Source: Aureispira sp. (GTDB lineage Bacteria > Bacteroidota > Bacteroidia > Chitinophagales > Saprospiraceae). Taken from it: a DNA stretch of 64,000 bases. Numbering within the stretch: the first letter of the stretch is position 1; every line of letters starts with the position of its first letter. Below are positions 18,186-28,853 of the stretch, one piece after another. The stretch lies in contig JBOEFW010000016.1 in the NCBI GenBank assembly GCA_050633105.1, forward strand, positions 160,195 through 224,194, read 5' to 3'. The notes beneath the pieces were generated by a model. The model did no database searches. It was not told where the DNA came from and worked only from the letters and a program-made list of their open reading frames with translations. The translations under genes were made by a program, and so were the position numbers.

Positions 18186-18656
18186 TTAGCAGACTTTGTC
18201 GGCACAACTAGAACTCGCAAAAGCATTGGGTTTGGCTTTGAACTCATAGCCCATACCTTTAATGTATCCCATTGCTTCTTTTAGGGCGACATTGGATTTG
18301 AAACTCGCATCGGTATTAATATCCGCGTGAATTTCTAATGCAAGGTCGAATTGGTCCCAAATTTCGGACAATTCATAAGCCAGTGTAACGGAGCGGCTCA
18401 CCTCCTGTATCATCCGTTCGCGAATCGCCATTTTTTGGACGAGAACTTCGCTGTTGATGAACATAAATCCACCTTTGCCCTCTCGTAGAAACACAATTAC
18501 GGTAGCAAAACCAATGTTTTTGCCACGAACTTGCGAATCAGTTCCGATACAGACTTTTAGGGAATGTCCTTCTGCCAATTCTTTTTGGATGGTCTTCTCT
18601 ACTGCTTCTTTAATGGGGAGCAAAATTCTGCTTCCATTTAATCTACGCCAGCTCAT
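18186..18656 (-). CDS. YkuK/DUF458-family RNase H-like protein
   Basis: The IGTDSQ motif, the 156 aa length and the overall pattern match my recollection of the Bacillus YkuK (DUF458) family. Confidence 0.65.
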   Translation of the reverse strand: MSWRRLNGSRILLPIKEAVEKTIQKELAEGHSLKVCIGTDSQVRGKNIGFATVIVFLREGKGGFMFINSEVLVQKMAIRERMIQEVSRSVTLAYELSEIWDQFDLALEIHADINTDASFKSNVALKEAMGYIKGMGYEFKAKPNAFASSSCADKVC

Positions 18657-18970
18657 GCTTGCTTAATTTAGAGGTTAAGGATTAGAAAGACAACCTTGTG
18701 TACTTTCTTTATTTGTCCCGTCTGACAACTGCGCATACAAGAACACCTACTATAGCTTATACAACTATTATTCCCTAATTTGTGGGAAGGTGCAAGACAT
18801 TAGTAATTGATTGTCTGTGCATTTTGTTGTTGACATACTATCACCTAACTCCACCAAAGGCGTATAAGTTCCAAGGAGTGTATTCTTTTTATGTAAAGAA
18901 AAGGTTACTTCCTAGACGCCTGTTGGGCAAATGGAATAAAAGAGAAAGAGTGATAGAGAACAAACAGAGC

Positions 18971-20386
18971 CTAGCTAAAGCCAAATAAACGACGACTGTC
19001 TAACTTGATTAGAATACCCATGAGAATAGAAAAGGAGAGCAAAGAAGAGCCTCCATAACTGACAAAAGGCAATGGAATACCAATAACAGGCACTAAACCT
19101 ACGGTCATTCCCACATTAATAAACACATGGAAAAACAAGATAGAGGCGACGCCTAAGGCATAGTATTTGGTAAAGAGGGAGCGCTGGCGTTGTGCCAAGA
19201 AAAGAATGCGTAAAATGAGGGCAAAAAAGACAAGAATGATAAAGGTAGTCCCCATGAACCCCCACTCCTCTCCTACGGTACAGAAGATAAAATCAGTAGA
19301 TTGTTCGGGAACATAATCGAGCTTGGTGCGCTCTCCCTGTAGAAAACCTTTGCCTCCCCAACCTCCTGAACCAATGGCAAATTTTGATTGCTCTACATTG
19401 TATAAAGGCCCTAAAGGATGGCATTTCTCTGGGCGTAACCAAACCCAAATACGTTCTTGGCGGTGGGTTCCAATCAGATTATTCACAATGTAATTAACGG
19501 AAGTCGAGAAACCAACTGCCATAGACACCAACAGCCCTACAAAGAAACTTCCTTCCCAGTTCTTCTGCCAAATATTAAATAAACCCAAGCCACCTAAGAC
19601 TAAGCCATTAAAAGTCGTAATCCAGATCGGTGCCAATTCGGTCAATAAGAAGTACGTTATTATCCCTTCTAAAGCAATAAAAGCCATCCAAATATTTTCC
19701 TTGCGTACACTTCTTAACAACACCGTATTGCCTACAATTAAGATCACATTGATGAGCCACCAAGTATCGTCATACAACAAAGCCGCAATTGCTAAAGCAG
19801 CCGTTACAATACCTAAGATATACAGCCAGACATCCATTCCCGCGCGAAAAAGTAGGATAAAAAAGGAAAAGTAAACCAAGGTTGATCCTGCATCTCCTTG
19901 CAATAGAACCAAGGCCACAGGCATCAAAATAATAGCAAAAGCAATGATTTTAACCCGTAATTCTTGCATTCTCATATTAGGCATACTCAAAAAAGAAGCC
20001 AGCATCAAGCAAGTTGCAACCTTTCCAAACTCAGACGGCTGAAAACGGAAGCCGCCTATATTATACCAAGAGGTAGCCCCCTTGATCGCTGTCGTAAAGA
20101 GTACTCCAACTAGAAGCAACATAGTTATCCCATAAAAAACAGGGGCAAAGGTTTCATAAAAACGCGCTTCTATCAATTGAATAATACCAACAATGCCCGT
20201 TGCTAGTGTAATCCATAACAGTTGCTTGCCATAGTTCTTATTCAAATCATACAAGCTAGTAAAAGAAGCTTCGTCCAAATACCCTGCGGCAAAAATCATT
20301 GCCCAACCACTGATCACCAACGTTGCCCAAAGCAAAATTGTAATCCAATCATATCCTCCAATGTCTGAGTCTCTACTTTGACGCAT
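18971..20386 (-). CDS. rodA: rod shape-determining SEDS glycosyltransferase RodA
   Basis: FtsW/RodA/SpoVE patterns (PEQSTDFIF, SYGGSSLL), 10 or more TM segments, and a position immediately downstream of mrdA. Confidence 0.9.
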   Translation of the reverse strand: MRQSRDSDIGGYDWITILLWATLVISGWAMIFAAGYLDEASFTSLYDLNKNYGKQLLWITLATGIVGIIQLIEARFYETFAPVFYGITMLLLVGVLFTTAIKGATSWYNIGGFRFQPSEFGKVATCLMLASFLSMPNMRMQELRVKIIAFAIILMPVALVLLQGDAGSTLVYFSFFILLFRAGMDVWLYILGIVTAALAIAALLYDDTWWLINVILIVGNTVLLRSVRKENIWMAFIALEGIITYFLLTELAPIWITTFNGLVLGGLGLFNIWQKNWEGSFFVGLLVSMAVGFSTSVNYIVNNLIGTHRQERIWVWLRPEKCHPLGPLYNVEQSKFAIGSGGWGGKGFLQGERTKLDYVPEQSTDFIFCTVGEEWGFMGTTFIILVFFALILRILFLAQRQRSLFTKYYALGVASILFFHVFINVGMTVGLVPVIGIPLPFVSYGGSSLLSFSILMGILIKLDSRRLFGFS

Positions 20387-20442
20387 GCTTTATTCTTCTT
20401 ATTCTGATAAGGAAGTTGGTTGTAGTAAAAAAGGGCTGTCCT

Positions 20443-22314
20443 TTAAGGCGTTTGGCTACTGTAACTATTTGCTACCCGTTTAATCAAATCTGCTTTGAGC
20501 ATTTGTTTCTCTAAGGATTGACGCTGTTTGCTATCAATACTACCCTTGATGTATTTTTCAATCATCAAACTAGAAATAGGCGCGGCATAGGTAGAGCCAA
20601 AACCTCCATTCTCTACAAAAACGGCAATCGCAATTTTAGGATTGTTACGAGGGGCAAAAGCGATAAATGTGGAGTGGTCTTTACCTTTACTGTTTTCCAC
20701 AGTTCCAGTTTTACCACACATCACAATATCTGGAATGATAGAACGACGACCTGTTCCTGCTGTCACTACCCGAGCCATGCCATCTACGACAGGTTCAAAA
20801 TGATTGGGATGGACTTTGGTATAATGCCGCTGCTTAAATTTATCTAAGATGCCTGTACTATCGCCTTGAAATTCTTTGGCAAAGTGTGGTGTATAATAAT
20901 AACCTCTATTTGCAATAATCGCCGACATATTCGCCATTTGTAAAGGCGTAATCAACAATTCCCCTTGTCCAATACCTACTGAAACGGCAGTTGAAAATTT
21001 CCAAAGCCCTTTGCCATGTTTTTTATCATAATAAGCAGCAGTAGGAACATGCCCCGCTGCTTCATTGGGAATATCAACCCCCAATTTAGCTCCTAACCCC
21101 CAAGCATGTAAATGGTCAGCCAATTTATTCATTCCTTTTTCAGGATGATAAAAACCATACACATTCACCAACTCCCGAAACGTTTGGCAATAATATTTAT
21201 TACAAGAATACTGAATGGCATTGCCTACATCATTAATCGCACCATGTCCATGACAGCCCACTCGCAACGTTCCATATAAAAAACCGCCACTACAAGCCAT
21301 CCCACGTCCTGGTGTCAAAATTCCTTCTTCTAGGCCAATCGCAGACAAAACTGGTTTAAAAATAGATCCTGGAGGGTATTTCGCCATTAGCGCCCGATTA
21401 AACAAAGGAATTAAAGAATCCCGTTGTAAGGTTCTAAAAGCCTCTTGACGATTTCTATTAACCGCTAAGACAGAAGGATCGTAACTAGGGCTACTAATCA
21501 TCGCCAAAATTTCCCCTGTTTCTGGTTCTATTGCTACAATAGCCCCTACTTTGTTTTTCATTAACTCTTCTCCATAGGCTTGTAATTCTAAATCTATAGA
21601 GGTTACTAAATCATAACCAGAAACGGCAGATTGATCCATGCTACCATTTTTATATTGCCCTTTCCGCTTTCCCCATTTGTCCTTCAAAACGTGTTCTACG
21701 CCTCGAATTCCACGCAATTGCGCTTCATAGGACAATTCTAAACCACTCGTACCAATGTATTCTCCTCGTTGGTATAAGCCTTCTGAGGCTTTGATTTGTT
21801 TGGGGCTTACCTCACTGATGTATCCCAACATATGGGCACCTACTTTGGCGGGGTACCCACGCACACTCTTACGTTGGCGTTCGAAGCCTGGAAATTCGTA
21901 TAAACGTTCTTCAATCGCGGCAAATTTATCTCCAGGGATTTGGGTGAGAAAATCAAAGGGTTTTCGTTGAGAATAACGACTGTCTCTAAAATCTTTATTC
22001 AGGTTTGCTTTGAAGGTGCTGTCTGTAATCCCTAGTAAATCACAAAAACTAGCCGTATCTATATTCGCTTTCCGAATTTGATTATAAGTGGCTTTGAGGT
22101 CGTACATCGCCAAATTATAAACCAATAATTCTCCGTGGCGATCCTTGAGTGCTCCTCTAGAAGGATAAAGCGTAACCGCTTCCCTATAACTGTGTTGTTG
22201 TTGGTAGGATTTGTCTAGTACTTGGATTTTAAAACACTGAAAAATCAATGCAAGCGCCGCCAATACAAACGTAGCTTGCAGTACTTTTTGTCTATCTTGA
22301 TATAAATCTTGCAT
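20443..22314 (-). CDS. mrdA: penicillin-binding protein 2 (elongasome transpeptidase)
   Basis: N-terminal anchor, SxxK (GSIFK), SxN (YSCNKY) and KTG (CGKTGTVE) motifs. It lies between mreD and rodA. Confidence 0.9.
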   Translation of the reverse strand: MQDLYQDRQKVLQATFVLAALALIFQCFKIQVLDKSYQQQHSYREAVTLYPSRGALKDRHGELLVYNLAMYDLKATYNQIRKANIDTASFCDLLGITDSTFKANLNKDFRDSRYSQRKPFDFLTQIPGDKFAAIEERLYEFPGFERQRKSVRGYPAKVGAHMLGYISEVSPKQIKASEGLYQRGEYIGTSGLELSYEAQLRGIRGVEHVLKDKWGKRKGQYKNGSMDQSAVSGYDLVTSIDLELQAYGEELMKNKVGAIVAIEPETGEILAMISSPSYDPSVLAVNRNRQEAFRTLQRDSLIPLFNRALMAKYPPGSIFKPVLSAIGLEEGILTPGRGMACSGGFLYGTLRVGCHGHGAINDVGNAIQYSCNKYYCQTFRELVNVYGFYHPEKGMNKLADHLHAWGLGAKLGVDIPNEAAGHVPTAAYYDKKHGKGLWKFSTAVSVGIGQGELLITPLQMANMSAIIANRGYYYTPHFAKEFQGDSTGILDKFKQRHYTKVHPNHFEPVVDGMARVVTAGTGRRSIIPDIVMCGKTGTVENSKGKDHSTFIAFAPRNNPKIAIAVFVENGGFGSTYAAPISSLMIEKYIKGSIDSKQRQSLEKQMLKADLIKRVANSYSSQTP

Positions 22315-22385
22315 GGCAATTCTTACTTTTAAAGGCCATCAAAAAAACACAGCTCTTGTCAAAAAGGGTGTATTTGGGTAGTGGG

Positions 22386-22889
22386 TTATTCCTTGGGGTT
22401 AAAAATGTACTGATACAAGATCGTGACTAGTATAGAGAGTGTAAAAATCATGACCACACTTAACAACCACAACCAAGAAAACACTTGCAATTGCTCTAAG
22501 GTCACCACCCAAATAGTATGCAATAAAAACAGCGAAGCACTGTATTGTATAAACCAACGAATCCCTAAATTGTATCGACTAGGCGCTTTCCCTGGTTCGT
22601 ACCCCCCTCTAGGTTCTAACACTGCTAAAATCAACGGGCGCAAAGCAGCCACAGCCACAGCCGCAGAAGCAAATTGCCCTGGAGTATTGTAGATCGCATC
22701 TACTAATAAACCATAAAAGAAGGCCAGTAGCATTGCTGCTCCATGAACCATTCCAACAGGTAACAACAGCACAAATAAGGGGTAGATATAAATATCTATC
22801 GCTACATAATCCACTCCTTTTAGAATGAATTGTAAGACCAACAACAAAATGAACCGCAAGGCATTCGTGCGTAAAATAGTACTATTCAT
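22386..22889 (-). CDS. mreD: rod shape-determining protein MreD
   Basis: Small polytopic membrane protein whose start overlaps the mreC stop by 8 nt. This is the canonical position. Confidence 0.8.
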   Translation of the reverse strand: MNSTILRTNALRFILLLVLQFILKGVDYVAIDIYIYPLFVLLLPVGMVHGAAMLLAFFYGLLVDAIYNTPGQFASAAVAVAALRPLILAVLEPRGGYEPGKAPSRYNLGIRWFIQYSASLFLLHTIWVVTLEQLQVFSWLWLLSVVMIFTLSILVTILYQYIFNPKE

Positions 22890-23721
22890 GAGTAGTTGCT
22901 TCTTCTAATATTAGACGTTCTTCTTTGAGTAAATCAGAGACTACGTACACATACTGTACATTATTCATATCATTGAATAAAGATACTTTGATATCATAAA
23001 AATTAAGGCCAGGTGGGCGGGTAACACTGTCTACTTTTCCAATTAAGATGCCCTCAGGAAAAATTGTAGAATAACCACTTGTAACAATGGTATCTCCTTC
23101 GTGTACTTCGGCATGTTTAGGAACCGATTCCAAACGCAAATGCTGTGCATCCTCTCCATCCCAAACTAAAATCCCAAAGTTATTATTACGCAAAATCTTA
23201 GCACTAATTCTAGTATCTATATTTAATAAAGACATGACCACTCCAAAATTATTACTCACTTTTTGCACCACTCCAACAACCCCTGTTCCATTGCCATTCA
23301 AGACACCAGAGTTTGCCCTTACTCCTTGACGACGCCCCCTATTTATGGTCAGAAAATTATGTCTTCTGTGGATCGTGTTATTAACCACTTTTGCCTCAAA
23401 GTATTGATACTGTTGTTGCAAAGTTGTGTCTTTGATGGTATTGACTTGTACCAAGGAAGTAAACTTAGAACTAGGCAGTTTCATTAATAATTCGGCATTT
23501 GTACGAGCCAAACTATCGTTAACCGCAGAGAGATTCCAATAACGCGTGGCATTGCTACTCGTCTCATACAAATTGCCGATGAGGCCATTGGCAGAGCTGA
23601 GAAATGCTTTTTTTTCTGGGTTACTATTTCTACTAAAATAGAGGGTCAGTGCAATAATTTGCAGAATAAAAAAAGCAAAAACGCCATTGTATTTGAATAG
23701 AAATAACGCAATTCGCTGCAT
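22882..23721 (-). CDS. mreC: rod shape-determining protein MreC
   Basis: N-terminal anchor, a coiled coil and then beta-rich domains (GDTIVTSGYSTIFPEGILIGKV). It lies downstream of mreB. Confidence 0.9.
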   Translation of the reverse strand: MQRIALFLFKYNGVFAFFILQIIALTLYFSRNSNPEKKAFLSSANGLIGNLYETSSNATRYWNLSAVNDSLARTNAELLMKLPSSKFTSLVQVNTIKDTTLQQQYQYFEAKVVNNTIHRRHNFLTINRGRRQGVRANSGVLNGNGTGVVGVVQKVSNNFGVVMSLLNIDTRISAKILRNNNFGILVWDGEDAQHLRLESVPKHAEVHEGDTIVTSGYSTIFPEGILIGKVDSVTRPPGLNFYDIKVSLFNDMNNVQYVYVVSDLLKEERLILEEATTHE

Positions 23722-23870
23722 AAGGAAGACTAAAACTTCAGAATAAGCATGGCTTGGGAGCCAACTCTTCTGAGTGGTTAAAAAATTGCCGAACTTACTA
23801 CCACCAGTGCAATAAATTCGGCAATTGAAAACAGTCTATGGTTGCTTATGGTAAAGCAATCTAAAAACTG

Positions 23871-24905
23871 TTACATATTTTTGTGTGTAATCAAGAACGA
23901 GTATTTCACGCGATTCTTGAGAGCAATACCTGTTCCACGAACAACCGCACGTAGTGGGTCTTCTGCAACATGAACGGGTAGTTTTGTTTTTTGAGCAATA
24001 CGCTTGTCTAAGCCACGCAATAGGGCTCCTCCGCCAGTGAGGTATAAACCTGTTTGGTAAATATCCGCTGCCAACTCTGGTGGTGTATTTTCCAAGGCCT
24101 TCAAGATGGCATCTTCAATCTTAGAGATTGATTTATCCAAGCAATGACTAATTTCATTGTAAGAAACCATGATTTGCTTTGGGATACCTGTCATTAAATC
24201 ACGACCATTTACAGCATAATCTTCTGGTGGCACTTCCAATTCGTGCAAGGCTGCCCCTACATTAATTTTGATCTGCTCAGAAGTACGTTCTCCAATCAAG
24301 AGATTGTGCTGACGGCGCATGTAATTCATAATATCTACCGTGAATTCATCTCCCGCAGTACGGATAGATTGGTCACAAACAATACCAGCTAAAGCAATAA
24401 CAGCAATTTCTGTTGTTCCTCCTCCAATATCAATGATCATGTTCCCAATAGGCTCTGTAACATCCAAACCAATTCCTAAAGCAGCAGCCATTGGTTCATG
24501 GATTAAGTAGGTTTCACGCGAGCCTACATGTTCTGCAGAGTCAAATACTGCCCGTTTTTCTACTTCGGTAATACCTGAGGGGATACAAATAACCATGCAC
24601 ATATTGCGAAATAGTTTGCGGCGATCAGGAATCATATTAATGAGTCCTTCAATCATACGCTCAGCCGCTTCAAAATCTGCAATAACCCCATCTTTGAGCG
24701 GGCGAACCGTGCGAATCATTTGGTGCGTTTTTTCGTGCATCATCATTGCTTTGCGTCCGACGGCAATGACATCGTTGGTATTGCGGTTGACGGCCACTAT
24801 AGAGGGCTCGTCCACAATAACTTTATCTTCGGAAGTGATAAGGGTATTGGCGGTACCCAAATCAATGGCGATTTCTTGTGTAAAAAAGCTAAAGAAGTTT
24901 TTCAT
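23871..24905 (-). CDS. mreB: actin-like rod shape-determining protein MreB
   Basis: Actin-fold phosphate motifs (DLGTANTL, DIGGGTTE). The 344 aa length fits. Confidence 0.95.
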   Translation of the reverse strand: MKNFFSFFTQEIAIDLGTANTLITSEDKVIVDEPSIVAVNRNTNDVIAVGRKAMMMHEKTHQMIRTVRPLKDGVIADFEAAERMIEGLINMIPDRRKLFRNMCMVICIPSGITEVEKRAVFDSAEHVGSRETYLIHEPMAAALGIGLDVTEPIGNMIIDIGGGTTEIAVIALAGIVCDQSIRTAGDEFTVDIMNYMRRQHNLLIGERTSEQIKINVGAALHELEVPPEDYAVNGRDLMTGIPKQIMVSYNEISHCLDKSISKIEDAILKALENTPPELAADIYQTGLYLTGGGALLRGLDKRIAQKTKLPVHVAEDPLRAVVRGTGIALKNRVKYSFLITHKNM

Positions 24906-25163
24906 TCTTATATAAGATCTTGAGTGTTTGCGACACTAGTTCCGTTTAGGTGCATTAAATCTAGCAGGGGGAAAAGGAAACTTGTGCTTTATAATTAATC
25001 GATTCTTTAAGGGGTTGAGGCTAAGTAGGTTGATGGTCACGTATTTTATAGGTATCTGTTGTGCGACAAATTTACCAATTAAAGTAAGCTTCCACAAAAA
25101 ATAATCTACTAGTTTTTATTTCTATCCAATTTTTGTTTCAATAAAAAGCTAAAACTAAGGTTA

Positions 25164-26021
25164 TCAACTGGTTTGCGTAATAAAATTCAACGTTTCTTGT
25201 ACCAAAATTTGGCTGTGTGTTGGCAATTCCTTTCCATAAAAAGGATGCATTCCTCCAAAAACATGGTTGGCATTTTCAATAAGTACTTTTTGTGCTTGTT
25301 GTCCTTGCTGTTCTAAATAGTCAGCAGATTCGCTAGAAACCGCAGGATCAGCGGTCCCATGTAAGATCAAATGGGGCTTTTCCAATTGTGCCAATGTTTT
25401 CTCCACAGACAAACGTTCTTGATTGTTTTGAAAGTCTTCGTACAATTGATAGTAAAGAGGCATTTGTTGATGAGTTCGTCCATTGTAAACATACACCACC
25501 CCCTTTTCTTTCCATTCTTTCACATGGGCGGCATCATCTGCCCAGCGATAGTCTAAAGCATGCACGCCAGCCCAAGTCACCACCCGCCGCACAACGGGTT
25601 GTTCCAAAGCAGTAATTAAAGCAATTGGTCCACCTCTTGAATGTCCAATCAACGTAATATTATCTACTTCTAAAGCTGGTAAGTCGGTTCTTCCTCCTAC
25701 TTCTGTTATTTCCTCAATAACTTGGTGAACATCCGCTAGTTCTTTGCTGTAGTTATTGTAACCAAAGGCTTCTAAATCTGCAAAGTCTAAAGGTTGTTCT
25801 GTAGTAGTTCCATTGTGTGAAAAATTCATAGCAACAAAGCAATATCCTTCTTCTACAAATGTAGCTGCGATAGCTGCCCAGTGCCCCCAATCTTTAAAAC
25901 CTTTAAAGCCATGCAAAAAGAGCACAACTGGCTTTCTTTTTTTTGCCTCTTTCCAATAGAAATCTACGGCAATAGGGGAAGTGTGGGTGGGAGAAAAATA
26001 GACTTGACTGCTTTTTTTCAT
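25164..26021 (-). CDS. alpha/beta-fold hydrolase
   Basis: Nucleophile elbow GHSRGG, an HGFKG oxyanion-type segment, and a C-terminal His (NANHVF). Confidence 0.7.
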   Translation of the reverse strand: MKKSSQVYFSPTHTSPIAVDFYWKEAKKRKPVVLFLHGFKGFKDWGHWAAIAATFVEEGYCFVAMNFSHNGTTTEQPLDFADLEAFGYNNYSKELADVHQVIEEITEVGGRTDLPALEVDNITLIGHSRGGPIALITALEQPVVRRVVTWAGVHALDYRWADDAAHVKEWKEKGVVYVYNGRTHQQMPLYYQLYEDFQNNQERLSVEKTLAQLEKPHLILHGTADPAVSSESADYLEQQGQQAQKVLIENANHVFGGMHPFYGKELPTHSQILVQETLNFITQTS

Positions 26022-26366
26022 AGGACCGAATTAGTGGTAGTTGATGATTTATACACAAGATAGAAAAACCAGTCTTTTTTGGAACTTTTTTAGCACCTCT
26101 ATAACTGTTTGCCTTATTAAGTGGTCGAAAATAACTGTAGGTGGTGTAGACCCATTTTTTGAACTATTTTTAACCTTACGTTCATAACATTTTATATTTT
26201 CAGTAAAAATTGAAAATTAGAAAAAAATAGCTTAGATTTGTATAAGAGGCTACGCCTTATTACACTTAGTTTTTACATTTTTTTGTGTCTTAACAGTTTG
26301 CTTTAACATTCTGTAGTTCAACGTTCTACTAGTTGTCTAAAACAAGCTTTACCTGATGGTTATTCC

Positions 26367-27341
26367 ATGATAAAAACACTGTCCAATATACAGGCGCCTA
26401 TTGACGCTGAAATTAAAGAATTCCACCGCCGTTTCAAAGAGTCTATGAAGAGTGAAGTGCCTTTGTTGCGCACTGTTACCAATTTTGTAGTCCGACGTAA
26501 AGGAAAGCAAATGCGCCCTATGTTTATCTTCTTAAGCGCCAAAGTTTGTGGAGAAGTCAATGATAAAACTTTTCATGCGGCCAACTTAGTAGAGCTTCTA
26601 CATACAGCTTCTCTTATTCATGATGATGTAGTAGATGATTCTATGCAGCGCCGTGGCTTCTTCTCGCTCAATGCCCTTTGGGGAAATAAAATTTCTGTTT
26701 TAGTAGGAGATTATCTTCTTTCCAAGGGCTTGTTATTGTCCATTGAACACAAAGCTATTCATCTCCTAGAGATTGTCTCTACTGCGGTTCGGGAAATGAG
26801 TGAAGGAGAATTGTTACAAATTGAGAAAGCGCGTCGTCTTGATATCAAAGAATCCGTCTATTTTGATATTATCAAAAAGAAAACAGCGTCTTTAATTGCT
26901 TCTGCTTGTGCCTGTGGTGCTGCTTCCACAACAAATGATAAGGCAACAATTCAGAAGATGCATGATTTTGGAGAAAAGATTGGTATCGCTTTCCAAATTC
27001 GTGATGATTTATTTGACTTTGGGGATGGTGATCCTGGTAAACCACAAGGCAACGACATTCAAGAAAAGAAAATGACACTGCCGCTCATTCATGCGTTAAA
27101 TAAGACGGACAAAGAAACACGTAGTTATATTATCAATATCGTCAAAAACGAGAACACTAATCCTAAAAAGATTAGAGAGGTCACTCAATTTGTCCTCAAT
27201 AGTCCAGGTATTGATTATGCGCGTGATATGATGTACCAGTACCGCAAAGAGGCTTTTGAAATTTTACATGAGCTCCCCTACTCTACCGCCCGTGAATCGT
27301 TAGAAGATTTAGTCAATTATGTTACAGAACGCAAAAAGTAA
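26367..27341 (+). CDS. long-chain polyprenyl diphosphate synthase (IspB-like)
   Basis: First and second aspartate-rich motifs are present (LIHDDVVDD, FQIRDDLFD). Confidence 0.85.
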   Translation: MIKTLSNIQAPIDAEIKEFHRRFKESMKSEVPLLRTVTNFVVRRKGKQMRPMFIFLSAKVCGEVNDKTFHAANLVELLHTASLIHDDVVDDSMQRRGFFSLNALWGNKISVLVGDYLLSKGLLLSIEHKAIHLLEIVSTAVREMSEGELLQIEKARRLDIKESVYFDIIKKKTASLIASACACGAASTTNDKATIQKMHDFGEKIGIAFQIRDDLFDFGDGDPGKPQGNDIQEKKMTLPLIHALNKTDKETRSYIINIVKNENTNPKKIREVTQFVLNSPGIDYARDMMYQYRKEAFEILHELPYSTARESLEDLVNYVTERKK

Positions 27342-27998
27342 CACGTTGCCAATAACTGAGGGCTCTTGACCAGAAGATTTTTACTGAAATGAAATGGGGT
27401 TGTTCTTATCATATATTGGGGTAAGAACAACTCCATCACCTTCCCTTATTGTGCTATTTGATAGTATAGTTACCTCCTTTACATTAACCATAACCACTTT
27501 ACTAATCCTTTCTATTGGCAATAGAAAGGAATCATTGACGCTATAGAATCAAACAAACGATTGGAAACCTATTTTTAATAATAGGCGCCACTCCCTATAT
27601 CTCGCCTACAAGCCAACTCCACAACAGCTCTCTCAACACGAATTGTTTTAATTGTTGGATAAAGTTGCTTTTCTTTAAGCTTTCATTCAATATTGGGTTT
27701 ACTTTCTCCAACAAAAAGGCATTTTTACTTCTTTTAAGCCATTTTATTCGCTACTTTTTGTTTCCTCTTTTTTGTTTTATCTTTTCTTTTTTTCAAAAAA
27801 CAAGTACTTTTTTATTGATTTTTGGCTTTTTTTCAGAAAAAGAAACAGAAAAATTGCCTTTTTTGAAACTTATTGTTTTACTTTGACGTATAAGCTATAT
27901 AGAAAGAAACAACTCCTAATATATTTTTGAAGGATGTTGTTTTTCATACAAGCATAAAACAATTCCAATAATCCATTGGGATTCAAAAAACAATAAGC

Positions 27999-28760
27999 AT
28001 GGTAGAAAGAAAATTGCTTAATGAACGTTTCAAGATAGTTTTTGAAGCATTAGAAGAAAAAGGCGAAGTGGTCAAAAGCTCGCGCAAAAAAGGTATTTCT
28101 AATTTTGCAGAAAAAATTACAGGGAAAAAAGCCTACGGGCATATTATTAGAGCCTGCCTCAATGATGAGCGTTACATTACTTATCAACAAGCTCACTTGT
28201 TGGTGAAGTATTATCAAGTCAATCCACTCTACCTATTCGAAGGGCAAGGTGCTATCTTTGCAATAGCTGGCATAGAATCATTACCAACCAATGGTTCTCC
28301 CAAATCAGATACACCGACTCCAATCTTAAGTCCTTCTACCACGCTTCCAAAAACCAATATCGTTTATTCTAGCTTATCAGCCTTTGCTAGTAGTACTGTA
28401 GATGTAGGCATTCAGGAAAACTCTGAGCGCTTTTACATTCCAGGAATGCAAGGAGAACACATCGCTTTCTATATCAAAGGAGCCTCCATGAATCCTACCA
28501 TTGCTGATGGGGATATGGTTATTTGTCGATCCATTGACACCAATGAGCGTATCATTGAGAATGAAATCTATGCGATTGTTACCAGTGTAGGAAATGTCAT
28601 GGTGAAACGTATTCAGAAAATTCTAAATAAGAATAGACAATTGAAAGGTATCAAATGTATCTCTGACAACTATTTAGAACACGATCCTTTTACACTTGCT
28701 ATCCACGAAGTGCGCAAACTACTTAAAGTAGAACGCAAACTAACGGATGTTGGCTTATAG
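27999..28760 (+). CDS. CI/LexA-like repressor with S24 autopeptidase domain
   Basis: N-terminal phage CI-type HTH-like region (GISNFAEKITGKKAYGHIIRACLND...NPLYLFEGQG), a linker, and then an S24 domain with Ser (GASMNPT) and Lys (VMVKRI). Confidence 0.75.
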   Translation: MVERKLLNERFKIVFEALEEKGEVVKSSRKKGISNFAEKITGKKAYGHIIRACLNDERYITYQQAHLLVKYYQVNPLYLFEGQGAIFAIAGIESLPTNGSPKSDTPTPILSPSTTLPKTNIVYSSLSAFASSTVDVGIQENSERFYIPGMQGEHIAFYIKGASMNPTIADGDMVICRSIDTNERIIENEIYAIVTSVGNVMVKRIQKILNKNRQLKGIKCISDNYLEHDPFTLAIHEVRKLLKVERKLTDVGL

Positions 28761-28853
28761 CTTTCTGTAGAGTGCTACATCCTATTCCTCTGTAGGAAAC
28801 AACAACCCTATCCATACTTCTTTATTTTATCACGGCGTTTATACCAACACGAT

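Noticed and set aside
27665-27886. A 73-aa ORF in the T-rich block upstream of the S24 repressor.
   Set aside because: The translation is almost entirely F/L/S from T-tracts and the start is TTG. It is a compositional artefact.
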